A stretch of DNA of 55,695 bases, counting the filler, from Dirinaria sp. TL-2023a (Eukaryota), in assembly GCA_051941275.1 (NCBI GenBank). It is 3 parts of 3 records of this genome, joined end to end, with 100 filler letters (N's around TTAATTAATTAA, not from the genome) between each part and the next. Parts side by side here need not be neighbours in the genome. Positions count along the whole stretch, not along the records: positions 18,653 to 37,139 come from JAVEBF010000382.1; 2 more parts are not named here. The stretch is one strand, 5' to 3'. This document shows, one piece after another, positions 22,505 through 36,125 of this stretch. Position 1 is the stretch's first letter, and each line of letters starts with the position of its first letter. The notes under the pieces were generated by a model. That model saw only the letters and a list, made by a program, of their open reading frames with translations. It made no database searches and was not told the DNA's origin. The position numbers and the translations under genes are program-made.

Positions 22505-25314
22505 TGTGAAGCCTTGGAGAGAGGCTAACAGTTGGAGTAGTGACAAGTAATGCAGAGGAATGAAAGGTCTTGCTAGATCTTGGTCGTACACATGTATGAG
22601 GAAGCCACGTTTCAGCGCAGAAATCGAAGTGGGAGAGGATACGGAGAAAGAAAGAGAATCTGCTTTCACGAATTATAAGTAAGATTGCCAAGATTCTTAA
22701 CAGTGTTTATCCGGATGATCGAGCCATTGAAGGAATATGCACAGGCGGTGAAGTCCTTGTTCCGAGGCTGAAATGCCAGCAAAAATAATGTTGAAGGATT
22801 CATTGAAAGGACGTTCATTGGAAATGACGGATTATTCCTCCATGTGAAAATTGGATTCCTATCCCAATCCACTACGCCGTGGTGTGTTCTGCAAGAAAGG
22901 CACAATAGGATACAGGAGCGCTTCTCTGTGAATCCTCATGAAAGTGAGCTGTGTCGATGCTTTCCTAAGTTCATTTACTCGTCGACTCTGCCGAAGCCTC
23001 CTGCATTTGAGGTCAATAAAGTACGACAATTCAATTGTTCTGATTGAGATACGAGGGATTGGTGGTTTTTGGAGGGTATGGTGTCCTTTCGAACGATTAC
23101 ACTGAGCGGGTGTATTAGAAAAATCAATCAGCATCAAACACGAAAGTGCATCTTTCCAGGTCTTTGGTTGAGAACCTGCTTCGACTCTGTGAGAAATCCA
23201 ACACCGGCGCTAAGTATAAACGTGCGAGAGCATGAGGGGATTGGGTTTTTTTTATACAGACCTCTCTTTTCTTCCCCATGTACCGGTGCAGATTACCTCT
23301 CAAGATATCGATTCCGGGATAAATCCCTCTGGTCTAGAGTGTAGGCGTGGACGCAGGCAGAAAAACTTCCTCTTGCAGGTCCCCAAGGATCGCAGTACGA
23401 TTCAGAGCGCCTCACATGAAGAGCAGCTTACGTTGAGTCGTTGACATATCTCCATCGCATGAAATAATACCAGATAGTGGCTCATTCTTCCTAGCCCTAC
23501 CCGCTTTGGCCGAGTGGGAGGTTAATCTTGGAGAGAACCTCTGGGCAACTGGCGAGGGGGCAACTGACGGAGCTAATCCATAGGGAATGAGTTGCGAGGA
23601 GATGCTTAGGCTAATTATCTAGCCGGGGTTGAGGCCTTATCTTCTTCCCTGTCCTTAGGTTGGAGCGAGGTTTTTTTTGGTTCCCCTTTTTGTGGGAGTG
23701 TGGTGCTTCAGACTTTGATCCCACCACCACTACCAAGCGTTCCAGCCACGTGACATTATACCTAACTTGCTTCCGTAAGCACCTCCATCGTTGCCAACCA
23801 TATCATCTCGTGCTTGTACGAGTGAGCACTCAGGAAGTGGGAGTGTCACAAGTACAAATATCGCAATGCGTGTGTTTTCCAATGAACGCTATTGATTAAT
23901 CCAAATTATGTTGGCCTGTTATCATGAATGAAACAGAGAGCTGTGACCTGTAGTGATGAACAAGGTATTTTCTCCTTCATCCATAAGAGTCTCCTAGCAG
24001 CTACCTACTTCTTTGACAGATCGCTGATTCTGTAAATGAAGGTCGGCATGCAACACTCTTCTTTGAAAATCCAGCATCTACTCCGTAGAGGTTCAGAGAT
24101 TGCGATTCGCTAATTATGTACGATATGTGACGCCTCATCGAGGCGCAGGTGCATATCTAATCATATCAGCCACACCACTTGTCAGCCACGCTCGGCTTGG
24201 TGTTCCTAGCCACCAAGGGTCTAGAAGAGGCTATTAGTATGCCACGAAAAGCCGCAAGACACAGTATGAAGACTGTAGGTAGCGCGCATTTCACGCTTTC
24301 TCTCCGTACTCTCGTCGCGGGCACTTTCGTGTCCATTGAGAAGGCTCTCGTACATCTGAGGTCTATTCTCCAAGGGACCAATCACACAGTATGCTGGATG
24401 TTCGCAACGATCAGATCATAAACAACGGATCGATTATTGCCAGCTCAGCCTCTGTCTGCAACCCAATTTATCCGATGGGTGAACGAGGTCATCCAGCTGC
24501 ACCCTTGTAGATGTGGCTTGAAGCACTGCCTTCTTTTGCAGCTCTACCAAGCTACAACTTTTCGCGAATTATGCTGGCACCTGCGTAGAGCTTTGGTGAA
24601 AGGTGATCAGGCTAAGTCGTGCTTACAGACGTTAGCACCATCTCCCTCGTGTTTTTGTCTGTATGTCGAGCTCTCTGTAGATATGATAGTCTTTAGTCAT
24701 TGGAGACCTCTTGATAAATTATTTCACGACCATTGTTCCACCATAGGATGGCCCACAACGGCTAGGCTTTGCGCAAAGCTTCACGTCGCATTGTGCTCAA
24801 GAGATAAGGCCTGTATCAACACCGCATGGAGTGCTGCTAATGGTACTTTGCTTGCTCATACGTAGCTTTGAGGAAGGTGGTGCCGCTTCGCAAGGCCATG
24901 CAAACAAATCGAGCTGGTGTGTGTCAAATGATGGGCTGTACAGATTCATTAGCGTGCGCCATTGAATGATGATGACCACTGAGGGCCGAGAAATGTGGCG
25001 TATAGTTAGCCACTGGCATGTTCGTTCGAAACTGCTGTCGCCGCCCAAAAGTGCATCTACTTCTGGTAGATAGCAATCCTAGATGAAGATTACCTGGGAA
25101 TTAGACACTTTCGCAGCAGCTCCTGCCCCCACCATCTCACATCGCTGACCACCATAGCTGTGGATCACTCAATTCAGAAGACAAGGCTGATAATGGACTT
25201 ATCGATGCAACGCCAATCAGCCTTCGTAGACAGTGTTGGCGATCAGCGTATAAGAATGCCTGATAGGTACTGTTCTCTTTCGCCTCGCAGATCTCCCCAC
25301 ACTATCCACGGTCA

Positions 25315-27796
25315 ATGGATCCTCTGTCTATTACTACTGGCGGACTCGCAGTGATCGGCGCTATCAAACAAGCTGTGGAATGCATCCAAAAGCTGAAAGC
25401 CATTCACCAAGCTCCAGTTGAAGTCGAGTTGCTGCTTGAAGAAGTTGTCGATCTACACGAATTGTTGGAACATGTCGAGGCAGCGCAAAAACCGCCGGAA
25501 TTTGGGCCACTACCGACGGAATCGCCGAAATGTCTAGACCGGCCGATCTCCCGCATCTCGACGAAGCTGAGAGAGCTCGACCAATTACTTCAGTATCACT
25601 CGGCTCGGATGCGTCGCAGTAGATTCGACTTCGGCTGGGTGCGGGGCCGGCAGAGAGCTAATGCTTTGCGCCGAGATTTGAAGCTTCTGCGTATGAATTT
25701 GTGCACTAGCCTGTCTGCGACTACCTCGTGAGTCGCCACCACTCTCTGCATCGCCCCGCATTTGCGACTCAACGTACTTATTGTCCTGAAGCCAGACCGT
25801 CACCCGTGTCGAGTCTGCTGTTGAGCGTTTTAGCATTGAACATATAAAAGCTACACAGCTGCTTACGTCGTTCATCTGTGGAACTTCTTCTGCGCAACAT
25901 TGCTCCGAAAACCCGCCATTTGAGGTCTGTCGCGAGGACGGTAGCCTGCATTGTACGTTTCAACATCAGCTTCACTCATCAAAGAGTAAGCGCCTTACCT
26001 CGGTACAGCATCCAAAACATTTCTCGAAGATGACTCGTCATCCTCCTCAAGCTCGAAAGGCTGTCAAATTGGAAGAAATCAAGCAGCCAGTGCAAATCTA
26101 CGCTAAGAAACCGAATGCTGCATGCGAACCTTGGTGCAGTTGTGCTTGCCATAAGAAGACTGTATTAAGGCTAAAGCATCCCAACATTGTCGGTTCTTTT
26201 TCCGTAGCGTATAGTGGTCTACCATGGGTTACAGCAAGCTGCGACCAGAAAGCGTGCCAGAGCAGATCAATACCCAGTGTCGCAATAACTGCCCAATTTC
26301 CCGAATGGTTTTGGAAACGGTATTGGTCTTCGTCTTTCTCCTACACGGCAATGTGTGGACCTGGAATCAATTACTCCAGATTACCTCGCACCGTGAGCTG
26401 GTGGGAGCTCTGGCGACACGGTATAGATGGTAACCTTCGCGCTATACAGGACCTTTTCTCGCAAAAACTTGCATCACCTTGGGACGTTCAGGCTCTGGGC
26501 GGCTCTCTCCTGCACTATGCCGCTGGTCACGGCCACTGGGATCTTGCGAAATTCCTTGTGGCTGAGGGGGCAATTTTGGACAACGAAGACGCTTTCAACG
26601 ACAGCCCCGCAAGTTTGGCGTGGGGGAAAGTCCTCGAAGGCTCTCTTGCTGAGGATGAAGCGTCCATGGTTTCTCGCATGTTTGCCGACACCGATTATTT
26701 GCAAACGCGACAGTTCACCGTTCTTCACAAGATCGTGTTGCGCCTCATTCCCAGGACAATCGAATCCGAATTAGCTTACTCTACACGCGATCTAAACGCC
26801 GTGGATTCGACCGGTCGTACTTGCGTGTCCTGGGCTACTGCGCGCGGTGATGAGGACGCATTGAAAACGTTGCTCGACTACGACCCTGACGTGAATCTCC
26901 CGGACGGCCAGGGTAACACGCCTCTGCACTATGCACGCAACAGCGCATGTGTCGATATTCTCCTCGACGCCGGCGCAGACATTACCGTCCGTAATTTCTT
27001 CGGTCATACGCCCTTGCACATGGTCTGCCGAGGCACCGGCTCTCCCTCGGTCCTTAAACGGCTCAGAGAAGCCGGGATCGACATGAATGCCACGGACAAC
27101 AGCGGCGAAACCGCACTCACCAGTGCCGCGTTCAGGAAACAAGTAGAGTGTGCTCGGTACTTGATCCAGCAGGGCGCAGACGTAGACCGTGGGATCGATG
27201 GACACGGCAACGCGCCAATCCATATGGCTCTCCTTTCGAATGCTCCAGCAATATTAGAGCTACTTTTGGCCCATAACGCGAATTACACGCGAGCCAATGC
27301 CCATAATCAGACGGTCTTACATCTGGCGGCATGCTTGGGCGATGAGGAGACCGTCCGAGTGTTGATCACGCATGGGCTCCAAGATATGGATATCAGCGTC
27401 CAAGACGTCGAAAGCAGAACCGCAGAAGACCTGCTCCGCGAACGCGGAGACGACGATACCGATCCCAACTTCAAACTCAAGTTCCGCCAACTTTTAGAAA
27501 CCATCGCTGCAGCTCAGCACCCCGTTTCACCAACGCGTACAGCAACGGGTGCGAGGAAGTTAGGAGGAGAATTGCCCACGGAAAAAGCGGCAATCGAGTT
27601 CCTCAAAGACGGCTCCGGCGTACATTTCACTCCTCTCTCCTCCTCTGATGATGATGACGAGAATGAAGATTACGAATTCGATGATGTTTATGCAGAAAAT
27701 AGAACTGATAATACCCACAGCACCCCGGCGGTGCTGTTTTATGATGCAGTGGAAGAACTGAATGAAGCTCTGCGCGTGGTGGAAATCACGGTTTGA
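25315..27796 (+). CDS. Ankyrin-repeat protein with N-terminal HeLo-like (fungal STAND N-terminal) helical domain
   Basis: MDPLSITTGGLAVIGAI...APVEVELLLEEV N-terminus; intron 25728-25791 restores frame; CEPWCSCACH Cys cluster; ankyrin repeats (GSLLHYAA, GNTPLHYA, GHTPLHMV, GETALTSA, QTVLHLAA). Confidence 0.85.
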
Positions 27797-28751
27797 TTTT
27801 TATTTAAGTTGGCTTGTATATACGTATAGCGTGGCAGCTCGACACGGGGGTCATAAGTGGCTTTCTTTCCGTTATAGAACGAACGGAATGCAAATGAAGT
27901 ATTCAATATAGGCCCCGTGTTGAAACTAATTGCGAATGCGTGCGTCCGCGGCGCCTGTTCCGAGGATTCAATGGCGAATTGAGCAATACTCATGCTAATT
28001 TCCCTCCTTAGGCTTACTGTGAAGAGTCATACTGAGTTGAGTTGCCCCTATGCTAATTAGTGGTTACTCAATTAGGGGTAAGTAAACACAAGATAAATCC
28101 TCGGGAAACCTTGGCTCAATAAGGTACCGAGGTAAGCATGGACTATGGAGTAGTAGTGACGTCAGATATGCGAACTAGGTTCATCCATCCCCTGGCCCAT
28201 GTCAAGAACCAAAAAACTTTAACTACCTACCTGCCAAATTAAAATACCTACCTCTTTCTTGCAAGCCACAGATCGAGGTGGAGGAAAGAAAGAAGCGCCC
28301 GAACCGAACGCGCCCCAACACACGATGTCAAGAGACTTATATTATATTAATATTCTAGTCGCTGACGAGATACCGCCGCGTCACAGGATAGGATACCTGC
28401 TTGTCGGTTAGCAGTCGGGACACACAAGGCTTCTACTACTAGCGACCGAAACACTCCAACAGAGGAGGTGCCTGATATAGTGCTGATTTATTGGGGTAGT
28501 AGGCTTAGTATTTTCACGCTCTGATCCGGCTGTCGCGGATGTCGAGTAATGGGTTTTTGGTAATTTGATTTGATTTGATTGGATGAGAATGTTTATTATA
28601 CATTGGGGTTTTGAGGGAGGTGAGAGAGAATGAGCGAGATAAAAGTTGGTTTTACGCGTGGCGGGAGAAGTCTCTATAGACTACGTCGTTCTCAGGAACA
28701 CGAGAGAGGGATCTTCATTTTCTCACCCCCCTTCTCTCCATTCCTCAAATA

Positions 28752-30239
28752 TCACGCAGTCTCATACGCCGACGTCGCCCACTCCAGGAACCAATTCGGG
28801 TTAACTTGATAATCCTGATACGATCTAGCACTTGGGATCCGTGACGATTGACAGTACCGCGGGACAGGTACTCCTGCAAACCGGTCCGCGATCCAGTTCA
28901 GCCACGTCACCTGACTCGCGAACAGCACGGGGACATGTTCGACGCCCGGATACGTCAGGTACTGGAGCTGGGAATGGGGATAGGCGTAGCAGGTCTTATT
29001 AACCGCGTTATCGGTGATTTGCGGGAAAGTTAGCGTATCACCTCCGCCCTGCAGCACGAGCATGGGACCCGCAATCGGGCGCCCGCCGTTCGCGGTTATG
29101 CTCGAGAATGCCTTGGCGGAGTTGCTGTTGTACCAGTCCGGTTGGAATAGTTCCGGCTCCACGAAAGAGACTGCCACTGCGGACCTGCAGCCTTGGATTT
29201 GCGATAGCAGCGCGTACCGCTTCACGCCAGACGGGGTCAGGATCTCGCTCGCGTTGAAGGAAGGGAAGATTTGTGGGAGAGCATTCGCGATGAGCATCCC
29301 GACGGCCTGGAAAGAGATGCCGCCGAGCTGGATGATGTCGTGGAGATTGGTCACCGGCGAGCCGGCAACGGCACCGAGGTAGCCGTCCACGGGCTCCAGA
29401 GCCTGCCGTTGCGCCGCGCCCCAGGCGGCTCCGCCTCCCTGCGAGTGTCCCATCAAGACGAAGCGCTTGCTGAGGCTGGGGAACGCCGTCTGCGCCGCCT
29501 GCACGGAGTAGAACAGGTCATTCGCGTGCGCCGGGTTGGCGAAGTAAGGATGCCTGATCTCCTTCCCCTCGCTGTCGCGGTCGATGCCGAGCCCGGCGTA
29601 ATCAGGTGCCACGACGACGTAGCCTTGCAATGCCAGCGTGAAGGGAGCGGCGAACTGGTACCACAGATTCCGAACATGCGACGGCGCGCATTCCCCAAAT
29701 GCACCGCTGGTCCCGTGCGCCCAGCCCACGACGGGGTAGCCATCTGCTTCGGTCCGGGGGGTGTACGGCCATAGAATGTACGCGGAGTTGGGTACAGTCG
29801 AGCCGTTCAACGTCCGCGACTGGTACAGGATGCGCGAGAGAGCGGTGTTGGGCGGCAGCGTGTACAGAGATGTGTTGGTGTAGACTTGGACTTTCAACAG
29901 GGAGCCTGGCGGGGCGTGGGAAGCATTGCTGGGTAGCCGGTAGAAAGGATCCGTGTGGACGGAGCTGCCCGCCCAATTCGATTGCTCGAATTCCAGCGCG
30001 ACATTGATGTTTTCCGCCAACGTGTCGTTGATCCCTGCGTCTGACTGCTGCTGCTCGGATAATTGAGCGGACGATGCGAAAGTATCGTTCTGTGGAATCA
30101 AGACCGACTGGGCATTTGTTACAGCAAGAAAGGCAAGCGCCGTCAAGACAATTGCAATTGATTGGAGACTCCGGCAACATAACATCGTGGCTAGTAGATG
30201 CTTGACATTCAACGGCCGCTCGGAAAAAGTCAAAGGCAT
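28752..30239 (-). CDS. Secretory lipase-like alpha/beta hydrolase (LIP family)
   Basis: Signal peptide (start more likely the ATG at 30185), VVGWAHGTSG, VVAPDYAGLG, nucleophile elbow GHSQGG, LQGGGD (Asp), PGVEH (His). Confidence 0.9.
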   Translation of the reverse strand: MPLTFSERPLNVKHLLATMLCCRSLQSIAIVLTALAFLAVTNAQSVLIPQNDTFASSAQLSEQQQSDAGINDTLAENINVALEFEQSNWAGSSVHTDPFYRLPSNASHAPPGSLLKVQVYTNTSLYTLPPNTALSRILYQSRTLNGSTVPNSAYILWPYTPRTEADGYPVVGWAHGTSGAFGECAPSHVRNLWYQFAAPFTLALQGYVVVAPDYAGLGIDRDSEGKEIRHPYFANPAHANDLFYSVQAAQTAFPSLSKRFVLMGHSQGGGAAWGAAQRQALEPVDGYLGAVAGSPVTNLHDIIQLGGISFQAVGMLIANALPQIFPSFNASEILTPSGVKRYALLSQIQGCRSAVAVSFVEPELFQPDWYNSNSAKAFSSITANGGRPIAGPMLVLQGGGDTLTFPQITDNAVNKTCYAYPHSQLQYLTYPGVEHVPVLFASQVTWLNWIADRFAGVPVPRYCQSSRIPSARSYQDYQVNPNWFLEWATSAYETA

Positions 30240-30796
30240 GGAGAGCTTTGCAGAAATAAATACTATTATCGATTGTGATTGAAGGAATGAGATTGCAGAT
30301 GAGTGACGCAGCGATTGCAGATCCCCATGCAGGGCGGAATCCCACGGATAGCTGTGATTGATGAAATGAACGAGACTTATTACCTAGTCAAGCAGCATGT
30401 AGGGAAGCCTATTGATCCTTAGGCTTGATGTCATTCCGCATGATCCGATGCGTGTTATTGACAATCTTCAGTGCCGATATTATCTTCGCTCAAACGTGCA
30501 GCGAGGCGACTTGACACTGAGGATTGTCGAATCGATGGTAGTTGTTGGCTTGGCTGGATACTAGGCAGAAGATTGGATCAGGGCGCGGTCGTTAGGAAAG
30601 AAAAGAAAAAGCAGAAGCCGTCCTCCCTAGAAATCGGACAATGAAGACTAGTCGAAACAGGAGCCAGCTCAGTAGCAGCTACCGCAATCGCTTCTCGCTC
30701 TAAAAGTACCAGCTATCAGGTTCGCACTGCCCTTCTCGGCGCATAGATTGAGCTGGAAAGGAAAAGAACGTCTAGCAAATGTTCAACACGAAATTG

Positions 30797-32520
30797 CTAC
30801 ACGATTGCATCATTGCTTCGATCTCGGAAGCGGACCTCCTCGGCAGTCCGCAGATTGTCTGGCGAGCAAGATGACGAAGTCTGACTTCTCTTCACGGCAA
30901 CTTGACATGCCTTGTCCAGGTTCTTGTCAGCTCTGACTGCCATTTTTGTGACGTCGAACGGCGCGGTAAGCAGCCCAATATATCTTGACAGGGACAGCCA
31001 TGGATTCCTCCGTCGTATTGCTCGTCCATGTACAATCACGTGGCCACCGATCTCAACGATTAGGTCTGGAATATTTAGGATCTCTTGGATGTGCTTGGCA
31101 GCCTCCGATCGATTCTGAACCACTGTATGGAGAATCGGGTCTGATACCTTGTTCATTTCAGCAGCAATCCGCATGGCGGTCACCCTGCCGAAAACACCAG
31201 CGACCAACACCAAGCCCAGCACCATTATTGTACTCGTCACCGAGACTAAAGATGCTGAAGCAAATAATGCGGTGCCGTACGCAAAGACGGCGATGCTGCT
31301 GCCCTTGGAAATTACTCGGAAACACGCATGTACGCTGAGACGCCTTCTGCAGATACAATGACATAGAAGCAGCTGTTTCTTTTTACTTAGGCTTCTTGAT
31401 TCGGAATCGTGATCATGCTCGTGAAGTTGAATCCTCTGTGGATAGTCTGGAGAACATCTTCACCATGATTACCCTGAACGACAGGAGTATCGTGGCTGAT
31501 CTGAATATTGTGAGGTGACTTGATGTTACGCATGATCCAATTTTGAGTGAAGGGTATTCCAGCGATATTCTCGATGACAGAAGCAGCGGCAACGAGAAAG
31601 TACCAAAACCACATCCAGGCCCAGACCTAGATGTGGGGAATTTGAAGTCAGCCGTGACGCAAGCCGTATCGGATGAGTTCATTGTGGTACTTACGCGACG
31701 CCACCATACAATGACTGCGCCTTGTTGAGCATATTGAAGAGTCAGAATTATTACAAAGACGAGAAATGCTTGAATATCAACGCCAATCCAAACACTACGA
31801 TAACTTCCACCGCGATCATCATCAGCCCGCTCTTTGACGCGGTTGAAAAATGCCTTGACTGAATTGAACCTTGCGATGATTTCGGCATCGACATCTTGCT
31901 GGTGTAGCTTGTTCGCCCTCGAATTTATTGTTGCGACCATTCCGCCACAAGGGAAGGAGACTTTTGGATCGTAAGCTCCAGCCTGAGTGGAGACCACCGT
32001 CCCGCCTAAGCTGAGAAACATTGACAAGACGTCTGCCAGGGGCACCAGCTTGTACACTAACCATAGCTCTTTGGTCGGTGGCCCAATCAAAGCCCCTGCC
32101 GTCGGTAATAGGCTCAGAGCACTAGCTGCACTGCTATATTCGGCAGCCTTCAAAGTTCCTAAAGAGTTCAGTGCCAGACTGAGTTTCCCTAAACAGTAGG
32201 CGTTTGCATTCGGCCGACTAGCGGCTCTGATAAGTCTTCCTCGAGTAATCCATGGCCTTATGTAGAATGATTCCGACTCGTGATCGATGTCTTGTTGTAG
32301 GGTAGGAGATTGAGGAGTAAATGTCTTGTTAGGTAGAATCGCGGTGGGTGTAAAGATATTGTTTTTTAGAGGCGCCTTGTTGTAGAGGTGATCTTACGCG
32401 AGAGCTATCGGCAATGACAGCAAGCCCATGAAAAGTAATGGTTCAATTCGTGAGAGCAACCACTGGACGCGTCGAAGCATATCGGTGCCGATATACAGCG
32501 CGATGAACGCCATCGATACC
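30797..32520 (-). pseudogene. Decayed multi-pass membrane protein gene
   Basis: Continuous protein-like text (ASALSLLPTAGALIG...ELWLVYKLVPL; WAWMWFWYFLV; FAYGTALFASASLVSV...GVFGRV) broken by an in-frame TAA at 31387-31389, a frameshift near 31335 and a probable frameshift near 32395. The 5' end is approximate. Confidence 0.65.
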
Positions 32521-32562
32521 TGATGTGCCCTTGCATTGCTTGTTAGACTCTTTTGGCGCATG

Positions 32563-32569
32563 GCTGTTG

Positions 32570-32604
<35 letters not shown>
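32563..32604. repeat. (GCT/AGC)n trinucleotide microsatellite, 14 units with two GTT interruptions
   Basis: gctgttgctgttgctgctgctgctgctgctgctgctgctgct. Confidence 0.9.
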
Positions 32605-32605
<1 letters not shown>

Positions 32606-33177
32606 GAGTGACTCTCAAGCGTTCGGCTCACAAACCACGAATCGCGATCAGAGCCTGAGTAGGCCAATTGCCTGTAGTAGAAGATGTAGCGTAGGCTATC
32701 TGGAGCTAGAACGAAGAAACATTCTCGCTAAAGAGGAGATAAAAAGCCAGAAGAGTTCAACGAAGTAAAAGGACGTATATTATGAAGGGGGATGAGGCTG
32801 AGATCGATCAACATTGCTCACTGCTTTCGCGGCGTACTAATTTAGATCATTTGCTGGGTAGCAGTTAATCTATCCAGCTAGGGGTCTGGTCAAGCACATT
32901 TCAGTGATTCAGCGATGACTCTTACAAGAGCATTGCTCAATTGAGGGCACGTGACATGAAGCACGGCGCCTACACGTGAAGCTAGCCAATAGCAAAAGCC
33001 ACATGAGTGGAGGCTGCATACGAACAAGTATCGCATACTCCTTCATGCCTGGTCAGCAATCAACTACTATGCAATCTTCATTTGGGGGCGAGATCGACCA
33101 AGGAAAACGATAGCAACAAGAATAGTAGTATCTAGGTATGAGGTTGAAGATCAGATCAGTGGTGCCAACGTTCGTGA

Positions 33178-33466
33178 CCTCGGGACGAATCCTTCTGAGG
33201 CTATACCTTATTCACTCGCTACGACGCTTAGAAACATTCTCTGCGTATAAATAGGCATCAAGAGCCCGGAGGCATTGAGAAAAGAAAATGAGTAGTGGAT
33301 GTGCCAGCAAAGTACTTAGCACGGGGAGATTGGGTGGTCCTCGGTGGTGTGCCGGGGGAAGTTACCTAAGCACAATGTGCCTCGGTGATTGGACATCTAG
33401 TATAGTACATGCTTACCTAAGCTCTGCTTGATCGCACCGACCAATGCCACATTGGGAAGGCCTCGG
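33178..33466 (+). promoter_or_regulatory. Cluster of four CCTCGG (FarA/FarB-type) motifs upstream of the desaturase-like gene
   Basis: CCTCGG at 33178, 33339, 33380 and 33461, all in the same orientation. Confidence 0.5.
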
Positions 33467-33749
33467 GCCGAAGATGCAACTAGGGCACTTCTTGGCGTAC
33501 TTGCCCAGCTTAAATGGATTCAGATAAGGCAGATCAGCGTCCAAGGCACGGAGATACTTTATCTAGCGCTGTGATTTTTCTCTCCGTCTTCTCTCCAATT
33601 ACCTACACAATCTACTTCTATGATTGTTACTGCTTGAGGTAGGATCTCAATTGTTGAAATGCTACTTGCCTAAGTTGAGCCACTCTCTCTGCGCCTCTCC
33701 ATGCTCTTATCGTTTTCCTCTCGCGTTCAACTTGCCCAGCATAATCAGC

Positions 33750-35194
33750 ATGAAGGCGTCATATGACCCAAATTTGACTCAATCTGATGTTGCTGTATGG
33801 CAGAACCTCAAGCGCGATATTGGCACGGCTGAACAGAAGAATCTCGACAATTTTACGGACCACGATGACCTATCCACTGTACAGTTCCTGACCGACATCA
33901 ATAGTACGAAAAGCGAATCGTTTCAGCCGACAGTCTTCACCACATGGGATGAAGGCGACCTCCCGCCTTTGATCGAAAAGTATATAGTCCAGCCTTATGC
34001 TTCTTGGGCCAAAACCGTGGTTCGAAGGCCGACAGACGTAGTTTTTCTCACCCACATTCTGCTCTATCTGTTTACATCAGTACCCAGCGCGGTAGGACTG
34101 TATTGTCGTTTCACCTGGTCACATGCCGTAATCCATTGGGTCATGCAGGCATATTACAGCGGCTCTTTCACTTTGATGCTTCACAATCACATCCACAACA
34201 ATGGCGTGCTGGCGCCTGAATATTCACTGTTCGACAAGGCGTGGCCGTATATCTTGGAGCCCTTGATGGGCCACACCTGGGACTCTTACTATCATCATCA
34301 CGTGAAACATCATCATGTGGAGAACAACGGTCCGGGCGATCTGTCGTCGACAATCCGCTTCCAGAGAGATAGTCTCCTTCACTTTTCCCTCTACGTTGGC
34401 CGCTTTTTGCTGCTCGTCTGGATCGAGCTACCATTGTATTTTCTGCGCAAGCGGAAGCCAAGGCTAGCCTTCCGGACTGTTGCCTCCGAGCTTACGTCGT
34501 ATGCTTTAATATACTTCCTAGCTCGACATAATCTGCGCACGACAATGTTCGTATTAGTAATTCCGCTTATACAAATGCGTATCGCGATGATGATCGGAAA
34601 TTGGGGACAGCACGCCTTGGTAGACGACGAGGACCCAGATTCCGACTTCAGATCCAGTATCACTCTGATTGATGTGCCGGTGAGTAAGCGCCTCGTACAT
34701 TTAACGGCATCCTTTCCCCGCAGTGCATCATCTTTTTCCTTTCCATGATGTCTATATTGAATGGACATTGCTGTCATTGTTCGAACAGATTCCTGCTGTA
34801 CTTACTGTCTCCAATCCTTATCACTTTCAACCAGCGAGTTCTAGCTCCCCTTTGCTAACATAAAACCGTGCAGTCCAACCGCCACTGCTTCAATGATGGC
34901 TATCATACATCTCACCACCTCAACCCACGACGGCATTGGCGCGATCACCCAGTCGCCTTCGTCAAAGCCAAGGCCCAGTATAGAGAAGGTCGCGCGTTGA
35001 CCTTCCACAAAATCGACTACATCATGATGACTATCACTCTACTAAGGAAAGACTACATGCATCTTGCGTCATGCCTGATCCCCATGGGTGACCAGATTAG
35101 AATGAGCCAGACCGAAATCGCAGAGATGCTTCGCTCGAAGACGAAAAGGTTTTCGGAAGAAGACATCATGCGCAAGTATGGCAGAGTCAGTTGA
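33750..35194 (+). CDS. Membrane fatty-acid desaturase superfamily protein
   Basis: Three His boxes: HNHIH, HHHVKHHH and FNDGYHTSHH. Intron 34680-34873 (GTGAGT...GCTAAC...CAG); TM segments. Confidence 0.88.
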
Positions 35195-36125
35195 GACACT
35201 CAAGCCTAAGCTCGTGCACTACCCAGGTACCATACGGCCAGACTTGTAGCTCCTCGAACTTATACTTAATATGGATTCGAGTCACATAAAGCTTCCACCT
35301 ACGAAGACATCTTGAAAGAGCTCATAAGCAGAGGCAAAAGGCCGATCGAAGCGTATGACCAGCACTCGTATTTGTGAGCCACGCATCATTACCGAGGCAC
35401 AGTGCTATAGAATGAGAAGCGCAATACTTTCAAAATAATGGATAATTCGACTTTACGAGCAACTAGATAACAATATCCAGAATAGATCACCCTTAGAGCG
35501 TATTATTAATCGACTGATGTCAATACTAACCTTGGCTGCCGGAGAGGAACCAAGGCAAAGGAGTTTCTACAATCTCACTTATCAATTTTGGCCTCTCTCT
35601 AATTCCTTCAAACCTTTTCATTGTGTGAAGCTTTTGAAAATGTACGGTGCTGACTACCTCTGCACTACGAGGTATTTCATGTTACCATTGATTTTGCTCA
35701 ATCTAGCGAGGGCATGATTATCCTAGACAAGGTGGGAGTTGTGCTACTGAAGTGAGGATTCTCGACTGAAGTGTCTCCGTGAAGAATTAAATCCGAATAA
35801 TGAGTCTCACTTTCCAAAGGAATCCTGGGCGACGACTGAGAAGTGGGCAGGCTCGGCAGGTTTCTATTCTGCGCATAGCGGCTCTACTGATAAGCATGGC
35901 AGCATTCAATATTCGCGACACCGTCCAACCGTTCTCGGGCGCAAGGGGACCTACCTAATTTGCTAGGCGCTCATCCTGTGTCGTAGGTGCATAGGTACTT
36001 CGCGACTATATACGGAGTATTAAAAGATTCTTCCGAAGAGCATCCATTTACTCGTCACGCATTCTTGTGCCTGGTCCAGAACCATTCCATACCCAACCTC
36101 AGTCACAGATCTAATTGATTCGAGT

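Noticed and set aside
22700..25300. Short ORFs in a long intergenic stretch
   Set aside because: No recognisable homology or consistent exon structure.
29014..30345. Overlapping ORFs of 96-247 aa
   Set aside because: Shadows of the GC-rich lipase gene.
32394..32768. Poly-Cys, poly-Ala and poly-Ser ORFs
   Set aside because: Translations of the GCT microsatellite.
19318..35194. Secondary-metabolite or RiPP cluster (reductase, KEP, lipase, desaturase)
   Set aside because: No PKS/NRPS/terpene synthase or DUF3328 gene, and the genes are widely spaced with unrelated genes between them.
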